A stretch of 63,080 bases of DNA from an uncultured Gammaproteobacteria bacterium (GCA_964610465.1 CAZSWA010000008.1:1-63080), one strand, 5' to 3'; positions 40,138-49,992 are shown, counted from the first letter of the stretch. Translations and numbers: made by a program. The notes: generated by a model from the letters alone, not told the origin.

Positions 40138-41253
40138 ATGAAAGTAAAAGTATTGACAAATAACTTACAAGAAAGGCTTCCATTTTTAAATCATGCAACT
40201 TCTGCTAAAAATCAACTTCCAGTATTGTTAAATATTCTTTTAGAAACAATGAACGGAAAATTGAAGCTAAGCAGTACTGATTTAGAAATTGGAATAGAAA
40301 CATTTATTCCTGCAACCATTGAAGAAGAAGGTGGCATTACTATTCCTGCAAAAACATTCACAGAACTTATCAATTCATTGGGAGAAGAAGAAATTACTCT
40401 TCAAACGAAAGAAAATCTTATTGAAGTAATTAGCAAAAAAACAAGAAGTGTATTCCAAACAATCTCAAAAGATGAATTTCCCAAACTCTACGAAAAAAAA
40501 GGGGAGATCCTGGCAGTAATAAAAGCCAAAGATTTAAAAGAAGATTTCTTATCAGTAGTATTTGCTGCCAGTAACGATACTTCCCGTCCAGCACTCTCAG
40601 GGGTGCTGGTGCGCAAAGAAAAAGAAGGATTTCTTCTTGTCGCAACTGATGGATATCGCCTTTCTCTTAGGCATTATAAAATAGCTGAAGGGAATAAATC
40701 ACAAATTGATGAAAAAGTCCTAATTGTTCCAGCACGGGTCCTTAGAGAAATGATGGCAACCCGGGATGATGAAGATACTATTGCTATTTATATTTCAGAG
40801 GAGAGTAATCAAATATTGTTTGAGCAGAAGGATACGATTCTTGTAGGTAGACTTATTCAGGCAGAATTTCCTAATTTTGAAAAGATAATTCCATCAGATT
40901 TTTCAGCCAAAGCTTCATTTGAAAGAGAAGAGTTGCAAAAAGCTGTCAAAATCTGCTCCATTTTTGCCCGAGAAACAGCTAATATTGTGAAACTCTCTTT
41001 TAAGAAAGATAAGATTGTAGTTTCCTCGCAAACTCCGTCTCTTGGAGAAAATACCGTTGATGTTGATGCAACATTAAATGGTGAAGAAAATGAAATTGCC
41101 TTTAATGCTAAATATCTTCTGGATTTATTCTCAAATATTGATGAGAGGGATTTGGTATTTGAAATGGTTGGACCATTAAATGCGGGCGTATTTAAAATAA
41201 AAGATGATGACTCTTTTCTTCACCTAATCATGCCTATTCGTACCCAAGCGTAA
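40138..41253 (+). CDS. dnaN: DNA polymerase III beta sliding clamp
   Basis: MKVKVLTNNLQ is the likely start (ORF open from 40081). LSSTDLEIGIE and VATDGYRLSL motifs are present, and the gene lies directly after dnaA. Confidence 0.9.
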   Translation: MKVKVLTNNLQERLPFLNHATSAKNQLPVLLNILLETMNGKLKLSSTDLEIGIETFIPATIEEEGGITIPAKTFTELINSLGEEEITLQTKENLIEVISKKTRSVFQTISKDEFPKLYEKKGEILAVIKAKDLKEDFLSVVFAASNDTSRPALSGVLVRKEKEGFLLVATDGYRLSLRHYKIAEGNKSQIDEKVLIVPARVLREMMATRDDEDTIAIYISEESNQILFEQKDTILVGRLIQAEFPNFEKIIPSDFSAKASFEREELQKAVKICSIFARETANIVKLSFKKDKIVVSSQTPSLGENTVDVDATLNGEENEIAFNAKYLLDLFSNIDERDLVFEMVGPLNAGVFKIKDDDSFLHLIMPIRTQA

Positions 41254-41260
41254 TTTTCTG

Positions 41261-41923
41261 CTATTGTGGTACAGCTCCATGTTTTTCAATATCTGTTGTT
41301 GCCATATTAAATTTAGGTGCTAGAGTTGTAAGAAATTGTTGATAGTTCATTGGCGTGAAATAGCGAATTTCAATAGTATATCCGCCTATAACATCGTTTG
41401 CTAAAAAAGCTACACCGTCTTGTGCAAATACAAGCCATTTAAAGCCAACATTGCCATTTGTTATATCATAAAGAATTCCATCTGGCCGTATTTGTTTCTT
41501 AGCTACATAGTTATGATAGAGGCTATTATCGTACGGAATTTCTTCAGTGATGTATTTTACTTTATTAGCAGTATCAATGTATATTTTGCTCTCTCTAAAA
41601 TTATTTAAAACTGGGTATCCATATATGGTATAGCCATTTTCTTGTGTTATATCGGTTGGGCCTCCCATTGCTTTTATAACGTCATTTTTTGATGAAACAT
41701 CAGGAATAAGATTTTTTAGAGTAGGCCGTTCATTTTTGGAATAGCTATGATAGATAAGTGGAACTGGTGTAGGACTTATTTTTTGTGAGTTTCCTAACTT
41801 ATTATTTTGCCCATTTCTGTTTATTGAAAAAATATTTATAATGAGTAACAAAAATGTTATAAATAATAATACAGAAAACCCGATTAAAAAATACACAACG
41901 TTTTTATTGCCTTTTATATTCAT
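41261..41923 (-). CDS. N-terminally membrane-anchored extracytoplasmic protein (hypothetical)
   Basis: The 220-aa ORF has a single N-terminal TM helix (VVYFLIGFSVLLFITFLLLIINIF). No motif is recognised. Confidence 0.6.
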   Translation of the reverse strand: MNIKGNKNVVYFLIGFSVLLFITFLLLIINIFSINRNGQNNKLGNSQKISPTPVPLIYHSYSKNERPTLKNLIPDVSSKNDVIKAMGGPTDITQENGYTIYGYPVLNNFRESKIYIDTANKVKYITEEIPYDNSLYHNYVAKKQIRPDGILYDITNGNVGFKWLVFAQDGVAFLANDVIGGYTIEIRYFTPMNYQQFLTTLAPKFNMATTDIEKHGAVPQ

Positions 41924-41925
41924 AG

Positions 41926-42729
41926 CTAAAAGAAAGTGGTCCCACCAAATAAGTTATCTCTTACAAAATTAAATTGTTTTGAATATTGCGTTGGATATTG
42001 AGAAAAAGTCGGTGTGCCAGGAGGATATCCGCTATAAGTATTTCTATAATTCGGATAGCTATCGTATTCGCCAACACCATCAGCCCAACATTCTGCAGGC
42101 CAAGGGCCTGGGCCATAGTCATGTTGGCAATTATATGTGGGAAGTGTATAAACAGGATTGGAAGAATAATATACTTGGTTTAAATAATTTTGATAAAGAG
42201 ACGGGTTTCTGAACGCGACAATATGTCCTGCCTCATGAGTTATTAAAAAACGATTAATCCAATTCAAACTATCTCCACACCAACCGACCGTAATCCATGC
42301 ATGATTACTTCCGTCAAGCGCAGCATGTTCTGAACATGTATTAGAACCGTTGAAAGTAATTGTTGTTTGTGCCCATGGTAAGGTACCAACAAAAAGCTGT
42401 TTGAACTTACTTGATTTTTCTAGAATACAAAAAGTATTATACGTTTGTTGTGCTTGAGTGAGAGACGCACCTACTATATCAAATTGAAGAGTCGTATGAG
42501 TCATTTGAATAAGTTGATTAATATCATTAGGAAGCTGTACTCCACAATCTGATGCAACTCCTCCTTGTTGTGGACAACTAGGCGGAAGCGTAACACTTAC
42601 CGCAGGATTACCTATTTGGGTCACCACACAATTACTACTTGCACTTTGGGCAAAAGTAGAAGAAGGATGAAGGCTGAAAATAAATAAACAGATACATATC
42701 GTAAGGGATAGTCGAAAGAAGAGTCGCAT
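41926..42729 (-). CDS. secreted protein with HExxH (HEAGH) zinc-metallopeptidase-like motif
   Basis: The signal peptide is MRLFFRLSLTICICLFIFSLHPSSTFA. The motif FLITHEAGHIVAF is present, and the mature part has multiple Cys. Confidence 0.65.
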   Translation of the reverse strand: MRLFFRLSLTICICLFIFSLHPSSTFAQSASSNCVVTQIGNPAVSVTLPPSCPQQGGVASDCGVQLPNDINQLIQMTHTTLQFDIVGASLTQAQQTYNTFCILEKSSKFKQLFVGTLPWAQTTITFNGSNTCSEHAALDGSNHAWITVGWCGDSLNWINRFLITHEAGHIVAFRNPSLYQNYLNQVYYSSNPVYTLPTYNCQHDYGPGPWPAECWADGVGEYDSYPNYRNTYSGYPPGTPTFSQYPTQYSKQFNFVRDNLFGGTTFF

Positions 42730-42746
42730 AGTATTAGAATAGAGAG

Positions 42747-43238
42747 TTAGCAGTTTTTTGGCAAGGGGTTAAACTGCATATTTTTACTTCTAAATTCTTC
42801 TATTATATTCCAGTCAAGGAAGAAAGTGATTGGGAGGTTACATACTCCTGATAAGGAAATTCCTTGCCGAGTAAACCATGAGATGGCTTCCTGCTCTGCC
42901 TGCTCCACATTATCCGTTGAAATTTGACCTGTAAACGAATCTGTTGCTGGAATATACATCACTTGTATGTTCGGACTCTTATAGAGAGTTGTAGCCTGTC
43001 TATTAATTGAATTGAGTATTCTTTGTTTCACTGATATGTCGTTTCCTGACAATTGATGATTATTTGAGAGTGTAGGTTGTTGCAACGGAAAAGAAGTTGG
43101 AGAATAAGAGGGTACAGATATGATTTGTTGAGTATTATTGGTTTTTTCTCTATTTGAAAAGAAAAAAATACTACCTGTTATGATAAAGATAATAAGAATT
43201 GCCCAAGGCAATAGTACATACGTTATTGTTTTATTCAT
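42747..43238 (-). CDS. small membrane-anchored exported protein, paralog A
   Basis: The likely start is MNKTITYVLLPWAILIIFIIT (ORF open to 43310). The C-terminal ~110 aa are colinear with the adjacent 43252..43800 product, sharing ATLYK..NI..MYIPA.D.F.G.I and a conserved Cys pair. Confidence 0.65.
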   Translation of the reverse strand: MNKTITYVLLPWAILIIFIITGSIFFFSNREKTNNTQQIISVPSYSPTSFPLQQPTLSNNHQLSGNDISVKQRILNSINRQATTLYKSPNIQVMYIPATDSFTGQISTDNVEQAEQEAISWFTRQGISLSGVCNLPITFFLDWNIIEEFRSKNMQFNPLPKNC

Positions 43239-43251
43239 ATGCTTATACGAT

Positions 43252-43800
43252 TTAACAACCATCTGCCATAGGTTTAAATAGAGTATTTGTTCCTCGTAGT
43301 GTCTCTGCAACAGAGTAATTTAGAAAAAATATGACAGGCATATTGCAAATTGCATCTTGAGAAAACCCTTGCTTTTTAAGCCAAACAACTGCATCTTGTT
43401 TCGCAAGAGTGATATTAGTTGAATCAATTTCTCCTTCAAATGTATCAACCGCAGGAATATACATGAGCTCAATATTTGCAGTTTTATAAAGCGTTGCTGG
43501 CTGTTTGTTAATAGAAGTTATAATTGTCTGTCTTAGTTTTGTATCAGATACTGATAATGTTGCTTTATGTTCAAGCCTTTCAGTAAGCTTCGCAAAAGAT
43601 TGCGAATCATATACGACAGGAGGATTTGAAGAAGGAGGAGAGTATCCTTGAGGAGTAAGCGGCACATGGGTAGGAGTAGTCGAAGTAGGTGAGGGATTTG
43701 TTGCTTGCGGAATAAAATTAATAATGAGAATAGAGAGTCCAATAAGAAGAAGTATTGGGAAAGCAATTAAAAAGTAAACACGTTTTCCTAGTCGAAACAT
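43252..43800 (-). CDS. small membrane-anchored exported protein, paralog B
   Basis: The 182-aa ORF has an N-terminal TM helix and a P/S/T-rich linker. The C-terminal domain is homologous to paralog A (AICNMPVIFFLNYSVAETLRGTNTLFKPMADGC versus GVCNLPITFFLDWNIIEEFRSKNMQFNPLPKNC). Confidence 0.65.
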   Translation of the reverse strand: MFRLGKRVYFLIAFPILLLIGLSILIINFIPQATNPSPTSTTPTHVPLTPQGYSPPSSNPPVVYDSQSFAKLTERLEHKATLSVSDTKLRQTIITSINKQPATLYKTANIELMYIPAVDTFEGEIDSTNITLAKQDAVVWLKKQGFSQDAICNMPVIFFLNYSVAETLRGTNTLFKPMADGC

Positions 43801-43839
43801 AGTATCTTTTTATTATAGAGTATTTTTCATATTTTCAAA

Positions 43840-44973
43840 TTAGCGACATAACGCAGGGTTTGGAATAACTGCAGGGTTCATTCGTGCACATCCCCAATAG
43901 CATAGGTTTTGATTTGGTTGTGGTTCAAGTATTGTTTTATTATAAGTAGTAGCATTTGTAATCTGACTGCTCCATAGGACATTTCCTGCATCGTATTGTC
44001 CGTTTCCTTTTCCTAAAGGGTTCATCTGTACTAACCCATATGCGCCTTGACCGCTCGTGGAGTTCCCATTAAAGGCATCAACAAAATATCCACTTTCGCA
44101 TTGAGCAATGAGAGGCCATTTTGAAGCATTTTGCGGATCTTGGGAAGCAAAGGCACTATCTATCATATTGATAACCTGTGCATGTTGATTCTTTTGCTCA
44201 AGGGTTGCTATCTCACAGGTGGGATCGCCAAAGTTGCCATATGGGTTATTTTTTAATTTCGCAGGAGTATAGAATCCTCCGCAGTTGTTATTAGGCGAAC
44301 CGGTTCCTCCTGGACTTGGCAAGGGAGTGGGAACAGCAGAGGGTGCTGGAATTGCAGTTCCAACTGCTTGATTTACGACATAGAGATTATCTTGCGTAGA
44401 AGTAAGCGTGAGAGAAAAAGAATGATTTATAGGAGGTGTTATCGAGCCATTATCACTTAATTTCCAACTAACAGTATTTGTTTGTGTGTCATAGGTAAAT
44501 GTCCCGCTTGCTGTAGCAAATTTAGTCCCTGAAGGCAGTTTATCTTGTACAAAAATATCTTGAACTGCATTAGGATATGTGACAGTTATTTGGTACACTA
44601 AGGTATCGCCTAAATTCGCATGATCTGGTCCTGTTTTTGTAATAGTAAGCAAGTTGTTATTTTGATTTAGACTGTTCTGGTAGTTTATAAAACTTACGAG
44701 GATAACAACGACAAGCCCTAGAATAAGAAGCCAAATTGCAATATAGAGAAGCGCAATAATTTTAAGCGTACGCTGAAACTCTTTATTCTCTAATACTTTA
44801 AAAGCGACATCTACGAGAGGTGCTGCTTCTGGTCCCAGTGCTGCAGTGGCAGCTGCTTTTGTAGCGAACTTCGCCCCCTTTTTTGCGGCGGTTTTGAGAG
44901 CTGTTTTTCCAGCATTTTTCGCAGTTTCTCCTGCCTGTTGCCCAGGTTTTGGTTTGCTTTGATTATTGTCCAT
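43840..44973 (-). CDS. membrane-anchored DUF11-like repeat + Rpf/lytic-transglycosylase-like domain protein (VirB1 analogue candidate)
   Basis: The N-terminus is basic and followed by a TM helix. LTITKTGPDHANLGDTLVYQITVTYPN is a DUF11-type repeat. The C-terminal WPLIAQCESGY...GAYGLVQMN resembles the transglycosylase-like (Rpf) catalytic motif. Confidence 0.65.
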   Translation of the reverse strand: MDNNQSKPKPGQQAGETAKNAGKTALKTAAKKGAKFATKAAATAALGPEAAPLVDVAFKVLENKEFQRTLKIIALLYIAIWLLILGLVVVILVSFINYQNSLNQNNNLLTITKTGPDHANLGDTLVYQITVTYPNAVQDIFVQDKLPSGTKFATASGTFTYDTQTNTVSWKLSDNGSITPPINHSFSLTLTSTQDNLYVVNQAVGTAIPAPSAVPTPLPSPGGTGSPNNNCGGFYTPAKLKNNPYGNFGDPTCEIATLEQKNQHAQVINMIDSAFASQDPQNASKWPLIAQCESGYFVDAFNGNSTSGQGAYGLVQMNPLGKGNGQYDAGNVLWSSQITNATTYNKTILEPQPNQNLCYWGCARMNPAVIPNPALCR

Positions 44974-45023
44974 ACTTTTATACTAGCAGAACTGGAAATC
45001 TGTTCAAACAGTGAAGAAAGTCG

Positions 45024-47036
45024 TTATGGTTTAGGAGTAGTGGGAGAGAGATTGTTTGCTGCAGAACTGATATGCGAGCCAAATCCAGCAGGAGAACTAC
45101 TTTGGGGAGCGGTAGTAGGCACTTGATGAGAAAACATGGATGGTCCTTGTGGCATTGTCGTAGTTGCTGATTGGATTTGAGAATTGGGTTTGAGAGAGGA
45201 CACTGTCGTTGATGGTGTTGTCGCTTGTTTCATCGCCTGGGCTGCTTGTTGTCTCTTCAAGAGTTCGGCAGGATTTGATGTAATGAGCTCATGCTCAAAT
45301 GGTGCAGCAACCACTTTTACTGCTACATGATTCTGTCCGGCAAAAAATAATCCTTCTCCAACATCTGCTGAAAGAAGTAACGCTTTTTCTCCTTCTGTCA
45401 AATAAAATGTATTTGCTATCATATCGACTTCTGCAGTACCTTGTTTTAACAGTATTTGAAGAGAAGAGTTAGTAAGGACTGCTTTGCCGTAATCTGTTTT
45501 TAAAAAATCTTCTACATCCTGTGTGGCAGTAGTTAATCCCAGGAAATATTTTCTCGCGCGTTTGGCAATAGAGTAGACGAAAGAGGCAGAATCCTCAAAC
45601 TTCATCATGTACCATGCCTCATCGAGGATTAAGAGACGTTTATGAAGGTTTCTTTTTACCTTTGTCCAAACGAAATCCAAAATAATATGCATAGCAATAG
45701 GACGAAGCTCTTCTTCCAGATTTTTAATATTAAAAACTGTTAAGGGATTGGTAATATCAAAATTAGATTGTTGATTGAAAATTCCAGCTGCACTTCCCTT
45801 AATAAATTTTTCAAGACGAAGCGCCATGTCTTTGGCTACATTATTTTCCATACCAAGAAGCGTTTTATATAAATCTTCCATAAGAGGAGGTTGTCTTTTC
45901 TGGGTAGCAGGGTCAGGGGTAATGCCTTTTTGCCGGTATGTTTCAATAAGTGCTCTATCCAGGATTGCATCATGTTCAGAGTCAAGTTCTCCCATGATGA
46001 GTTTTAAAAGCCCATGTAGTGATAATATTTTAAGTCCTAATTCATTTTCTCCTTCCTCATAGAGTTCTGAAAGGTCAAAAGGGTTCAGTTTGATAGGAGA
46101 GGAGGAAGAAAACTCTACGTCTTCTCCTCCTAATGTTTTGGCCAGTGTGTCATATTCTCCTTCAGGGTCAATGACAATAACTTCTATGCCAAGGGTAAAC
46201 TGGCGCATAATCTCAAGTTTTATATAATAAGATTTTCCTGCGCCTGATTTTCCAAAGACGACTTCGTTAGCGTTTTCAAGTGAAAATCTGTCAAAGACAA
46301 TAAGTGAGCCATTCTGTTGATTTACGCCATACATAACGCCTCTGTTTTGAGTCAAAATAGCAGAGGTGAAAGGAAATGTTGAAGCGAGTGATGTAGTATC
46401 CATATTTCTCGTGATAAAAAGTTTATCCTGTCCCATGGGGAGACTTGTTTTGAATCCTTCTTCCATTTGGAGCGTCGCTGGTTTTCCGGCAAGGAGAAGC
46501 GATCCAAGTGTCGTTTGTAACTGCTTTATTGTTTGCTGTAATTCAGGTACTGTTTCAGCTGAAACAGTAATATAAAACCCAAACTGAAAAAACCGTTCGA
46601 TGCCTTTTGCCAATTCTTCCTGCAGCGCTTTTGCATCCTCCAAAGCAGCTGTTACGGTTGGGTCTACCGGCTTGCCATGTTCTTGATCAGACGCGATGGT
46701 TGCTTCCATTTCCCCAATTTTTCTTTTTAAGTCAGCAAGTACATCAGTGGATGAAGTCGGATAACAAAACATACTAATATCCATTGTGTGGTCATAATCG
46801 ATAATGGGTTGGAGCCAACCAGGTGATACATAACGAGGATATCCTGCCATAAAAAGCGTACTATAGAAGATATCACCGACACGAATATAGCGATAGTCAA
46901 CCTCAACAGAAGATGGAGCGATAATATCAATAATTGATACCAATCCTTTCTCCAGATTTTCAAGAGCTGCGCCTGGTTTTTTTTGAGCTCCTTGCCCTGC
47001 TTTTGTTACTTGTTTTGGTTTTGGCAATAATCCCAT
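45024..47036 (-). CDS. VirB4/TrbE/TraC-family type IV secretion ATPase
   Basis: Walker A is FGKSGAGKSYYIK and Walker B is LLILDEAWYMM. The N-terminal YRYIRVGDIFYSTLFMAGYPRYVSPGWL is typical of Gram-positive-type VirB4. MGLLPKPKQ at 47036 is the likely start (ORF open to 47075). Confidence 0.85.
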   Translation of the reverse strand: MGLLPKPKQVTKAGQGAQKKPGAALENLEKGLVSIIDIIAPSSVEVDYRYIRVGDIFYSTLFMAGYPRYVSPGWLQPIIDYDHTMDISMFCYPTSSTDVLADLKRKIGEMEATIASDQEHGKPVDPTVTAALEDAKALQEELAKGIERFFQFGFYITVSAETVPELQQTIKQLQTTLGSLLLAGKPATLQMEEGFKTSLPMGQDKLFITRNMDTTSLASTFPFTSAILTQNRGVMYGVNQQNGSLIVFDRFSLENANEVVFGKSGAGKSYYIKLEIMRQFTLGIEVIVIDPEGEYDTLAKTLGGEDVEFSSSSPIKLNPFDLSELYEEGENELGLKILSLHGLLKLIMGELDSEHDAILDRALIETYRQKGITPDPATQKRQPPLMEDLYKTLLGMENNVAKDMALRLEKFIKGSAAGIFNQQSNFDITNPLTVFNIKNLEEELRPIAMHIILDFVWTKVKRNLHKRLLILDEAWYMMKFEDSASFVYSIAKRARKYFLGLTTATQDVEDFLKTDYGKAVLTNSSLQILLKQGTAEVDMIANTFYLTEGEKALLLSADVGEGLFFAGQNHVAVKVVAAPFEHELITSNPAELLKRQQAAQAMKQATTPSTTVSSLKPNSQIQSATTTMPQGPSMFSHQVPTTAPQSSSPAGFGSHISSAANNLSPTTPKP

Positions 47037-47037
47037 A

Positions 47038-47700
47038 TTATACTTTGGCTTGTGTGACAATTGGTGTCTCAACACCTTCTTGTGTTTGCGCTACATCAAG
47101 TGTTACTCCTTCGTTATATTCATCATAAAATAATTTTATGAGATCTTCTTTCTCTAACACACGGGCAGTACTGGAAATTTTTTGAAGCTGAGGAAGGAGA
47201 GCATTTGCTTTCGATTCAAGATTTTTCATTGCTGATACAGCAAAGATGTCTGTTTTTGCTTGTCCTGTTTGTATAGATTGAGAAACTCCAGTTACACCGC
47301 CTTCAAGGGCAGAAAAGGAAATAACTATATAAAAAGATTTATTCAGCACGACATTTACAATTACCATTTCCTGTACAAATGTGCGGTACAGTTTGATATG
47401 GCGTGCCAGTTGGGGATTCTTGGTAGTTGCTGCTGCTTCATCCAGTTCTTTTAGATATGAAGATATATCCATACGTTTATTCCTGATAAGAATTTGAATT
47501 GGGAAGGAAAGTGAGTTAAGGAGCGCAGCATAGGAATAAATTTTTGAATCCTGCTCACGTCTTGAAAGTAAGGCAAAATTACTTGCAGTTACTTCAATGA
47601 CCATTGCCGCATAGCCTCCTTCAAAGAGAACAATATTGTCGCCAAAGTCTACGATCTCTGTAAATTTTTGTGTAGATGCATGAATTTTCTGGACAGCCAT
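47038..47700 (-). CDS. T4SS-associated soluble protein (hypothetical; abuts virB4 start)
   Basis: The 220-aa ORF has no TM helix, and its stop lies 1 nt before the proposed virB4 ATG. It is assigned by context only. Confidence 0.55.
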   Translation of the reverse strand: MAVQKIHASTQKFTEIVDFGDNIVLFEGGYAAMVIEVTASNFALLSRREQDSKIYSYAALLNSLSFPIQILIRNKRMDISSYLKELDEAAATTKNPQLARHIKLYRTFVQEMVIVNVVLNKSFYIVISFSALEGGVTGVSQSIQTGQAKTDIFAVSAMKNLESKANALLPQLQKISSTARVLEKEDLIKLFYDEYNEGVTLDVAQTQEGVETPIVTQAKV

Positions 47701-47704
47701 AGAC

Positions 47705-49030
47705 TTAATTAAATAATGCCTTTCTTAGGTCCTCACGTTCATCGTGAGAAATAATTTCTATTGGTAACATGATTTCTCCTTTGGTAGTTATTTGAATTCT
47801 ATCGAATGTGTGCTGTTTCTTGGGATCTTCAAGCTCTATGGTATAGGTTGCATTTAAGAGTGGAGTTGCTGAGGCAAATTGTCCAAGCGCATTCGTTTTA
47901 AATGCCCGAACAGGATTTTCATCTTTGTCTTTAATCTCAACCAAAATATTTGATAGCACATTGCCTCTTGAATCTTTAACAATTCCTATGACAATGTTTG
48001 GCGTATCAGATACATGTGGCAGCCCGGCACTTTTTGCCATGTTCTGAGGAATTATCCGTGTGTGTTGTATGTCTGGTTGCGGAGCAGGTGGTAATGCTGG
48101 AACAGGAGTTTCAGAGGGGTTGATACTTTGTGGTTTTTGTGCAAGATCAAGCTGGCGTTTAAGAGACATAAGCTCTTGCTCAAGTTGAGTTTTTTGTGCA
48201 TGAACTTCGTTAAGTTGATTTTCTAACTCCTGTACTTTTTTATGCGCTGCTGCTTGATTCTGAGGAGATGATGGGCTTAATTCTTCTTTTTTTGCTTCTT
48301 CAAGTTCCTTTTCAAGTGATTGGCTTTGTTGTTCAAGATTTTGATTCTTTACATCAAGAGGTTGTGGTGGCAGTGGAGCCGATTTCCGCCATTGTGTTTG
48401 GAGCTCCTGATGAATGGCTTCCTTGTTTTTCTCAATTGCAATGTCATCCTGTGTTTTAGGAAGAGAGGCATTGGGGATAGGTTGAATTGTCATAAGCGGT
48501 TGGGGAGAGGAAGACGCAGGAGTTATTGGCATAGCAGAAAACGTTTGAAGGAAAGACGCTTCTTTCTCATCAATCTTACTTCGTACTCCTGAATGTGTAG
48601 TACGAAGGAGCGTTTCAAGCTGACGTGATTTTTCTACTTTTCTAGAAATGTGATGTATTTGTCCTTGTGCGGGTACTGGCACTAATACAACTGTCGTAAT
48701 TGAAAGCTTGCGGCCTAATTTATGATATACAAATTGATTAGGTTCAAATATAGCGTGGACGAAATTCATAAACATTACATCTATTGGCCTTCCATCAATG
48801 GGGACAAAGGCAACGATAACTCCTCCAATAATAGCAATAGGTACAAATCCGAATCTATCAAATAGAAGCCATGGCATTTTAAATGGTAAATACCACGCAA
48901 TAACAGCGAGAATGCAAGCTGCTGCTACATATGCAAACTGCTTAATTGTCATGCTGCCAATCAATTTGAATTGAAAACCGGTAACATCTTGTGGGATTGG
49001 ATGATTATCCATAACTTTAAGAGAGGTCAC
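47705..49030 (-). CDS. PrgI/VirB3-like membrane protein fused to coiled coil and C-terminal beta-sandwich (CarboxypepD_reg-like) domain
   Basis: The N-terminus is PIPQDVTGFQFKLIGSMTIKQFAYVAAACILAVIAWYL plus a second TM helix, the PrgI-family pattern. A Q/E/L-rich coiled coil covers aa ~200-300. The C-terminal IVIGIVKDSRGNVLSNILVEIKD...TYTIEL is a carboxypeptidase-regulatory-like fold motif. Confidence 0.65.
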   Translation of the reverse strand: MTSLKVMDNHPIPQDVTGFQFKLIGSMTIKQFAYVAAACILAVIAWYLPFKMPWLLFDRFGFVPIAIIGGVIVAFVPIDGRPIDVMFMNFVHAIFEPNQFVYHKLGRKLSITTVVLVPVPAQGQIHHISRKVEKSRQLETLLRTTHSGVRSKIDEKEASFLQTFSAMPITPASSSPQPLMTIQPIPNASLPKTQDDIAIEKNKEAIHQELQTQWRKSAPLPPQPLDVKNQNLEQQSQSLEKELEEAKKEELSPSSPQNQAAAHKKVQELENQLNEVHAQKTQLEQELMSLKRQLDLAQKPQSINPSETPVPALPPAPQPDIQHTRIIPQNMAKSAGLPHVSDTPNIVIGIVKDSRGNVLSNILVEIKDKDENPVRAFKTNALGQFASATPLLNATYTIELEDPKKQHTFDRIQITTKGEIMLPIEIISHDEREDLRKALFN

Positions 49031-49187
49031 CGTTTAAAGCTATAATCGGGCAACCTCATCGTACTATTCCAAACAGCATATAACGTGAAAAATGCGATTG
49101 CAAGATTATCAAAATGGGTCAAAAGGGATTAAAAAGACGAGTTTTTGTGAAAACTTCAATTTGATGAGAAGATGAAAAAAATACTTT

Positions 49188-49523
49188 TTACTGACACAAA
49201 AGATTGAAATTGGTGATATCAAGACAGCTTGGATTTCCTGCAAGAAAGCGAATAAAGATGACGATTCCGAACGAGAGAAGGACAAGAATTGCACCGAGGA
49301 TAGCAAAAGTCAATGTTTGGCGAGCACTTTGAACCTGTTTTGGGTCACCACCGGAAAACATAAATTTGATGCCCGCATAAATAATAAAAAGCAATGTAAC
49401 AGCTCCTAAGAAGTAGAGAGCTGCAGTAATAAGATTCGAGAATACTACAGGAATACATTTGAGCGTAGGGACACCGCTACTATCTAAACAACCTGAACTT
49501 ATCCAGTCTTTTCCAATTTGCAT
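49188..49523 (-). CDS. VirB2/TrbC-like pilin paralog 1
   Basis: The 111-aa ORF has two TM helices flanking the loop FSGGDPKQVQSARQTL. One Cys pair lies before TM1 and one after TM2. Confidence 0.7.
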   Translation of the reverse strand: MQIGKDWISSGCLDSSGVPTLKCIPVVFSNLITAALYFLGAVTLLFIIYAGIKFMFSGGDPKQVQSARQTLTFAILGAILVLLSFGIVIFIRFLAGNPSCLDITNFNLLCQ

Positions 49524-49579
49524 AAAGTAAAACTAAAATATCTGGAAATGATTAACGCTTTTAGATGTATTTGCATTGA

Positions 49580-49981
49580 CTAGCAGCCAAGTAAGCATCC
49601 TGGGGTAAGATTTGATAAACTAATATGGAACAATCCAAGTACCAATTGCAGTATGAAGTAGGCCAAGAAAGCTATTACTAAACCAATAATTGCAGAAACA
49701 ATTGTTTTTTGAGCAGCTTCTACCTTTGCTTTGTCTCCACCTGAGAGAATCCAACGAATACCTCCCCAGATAAGGAAGAAAAGAGCAATAAGTACTGCTG
49801 CTATTAAGAGAATAGTAATAACTCTCCCAATTATTACGCCTAATTGGCTTGGATCTGCGCTACAAATGACATTGAATTGTCCGGGAGGACATGCGCTCCC
49901 TATATTTACTTGAGCAAATGCTGGTGCTGCAATTGCGAATGCTGCTGCGATTCCGAGTGCTGTTGCAAATATCTTTTTCAT
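49580..49981 (-). CDS. VirB2/TrbC-like pilin paralog 2 (with signal peptide)
   Basis: The signal peptide is MKKIFATALGIAAAFAIAAPAFA. The two-TM hairpin has the loop LSGGDKAKVEAAQKTI. Cys pairs lie before TM1 and at the C-terminus (GCLLGC). Confidence 0.75.
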   Translation of the reverse strand: MKKIFATALGIAAAFAIAAPAFAQVNIGSACPPGQFNVICSADPSQLGVIIGRVITILLIAAVLIALFFLIWGGIRWILSGGDKAKVEAAQKTIVSAIIGLVIAFLAYFILQLVLGLFHISLSNLTPGCLLGC

Positions 49982-49992
49982 AATCTATAACC

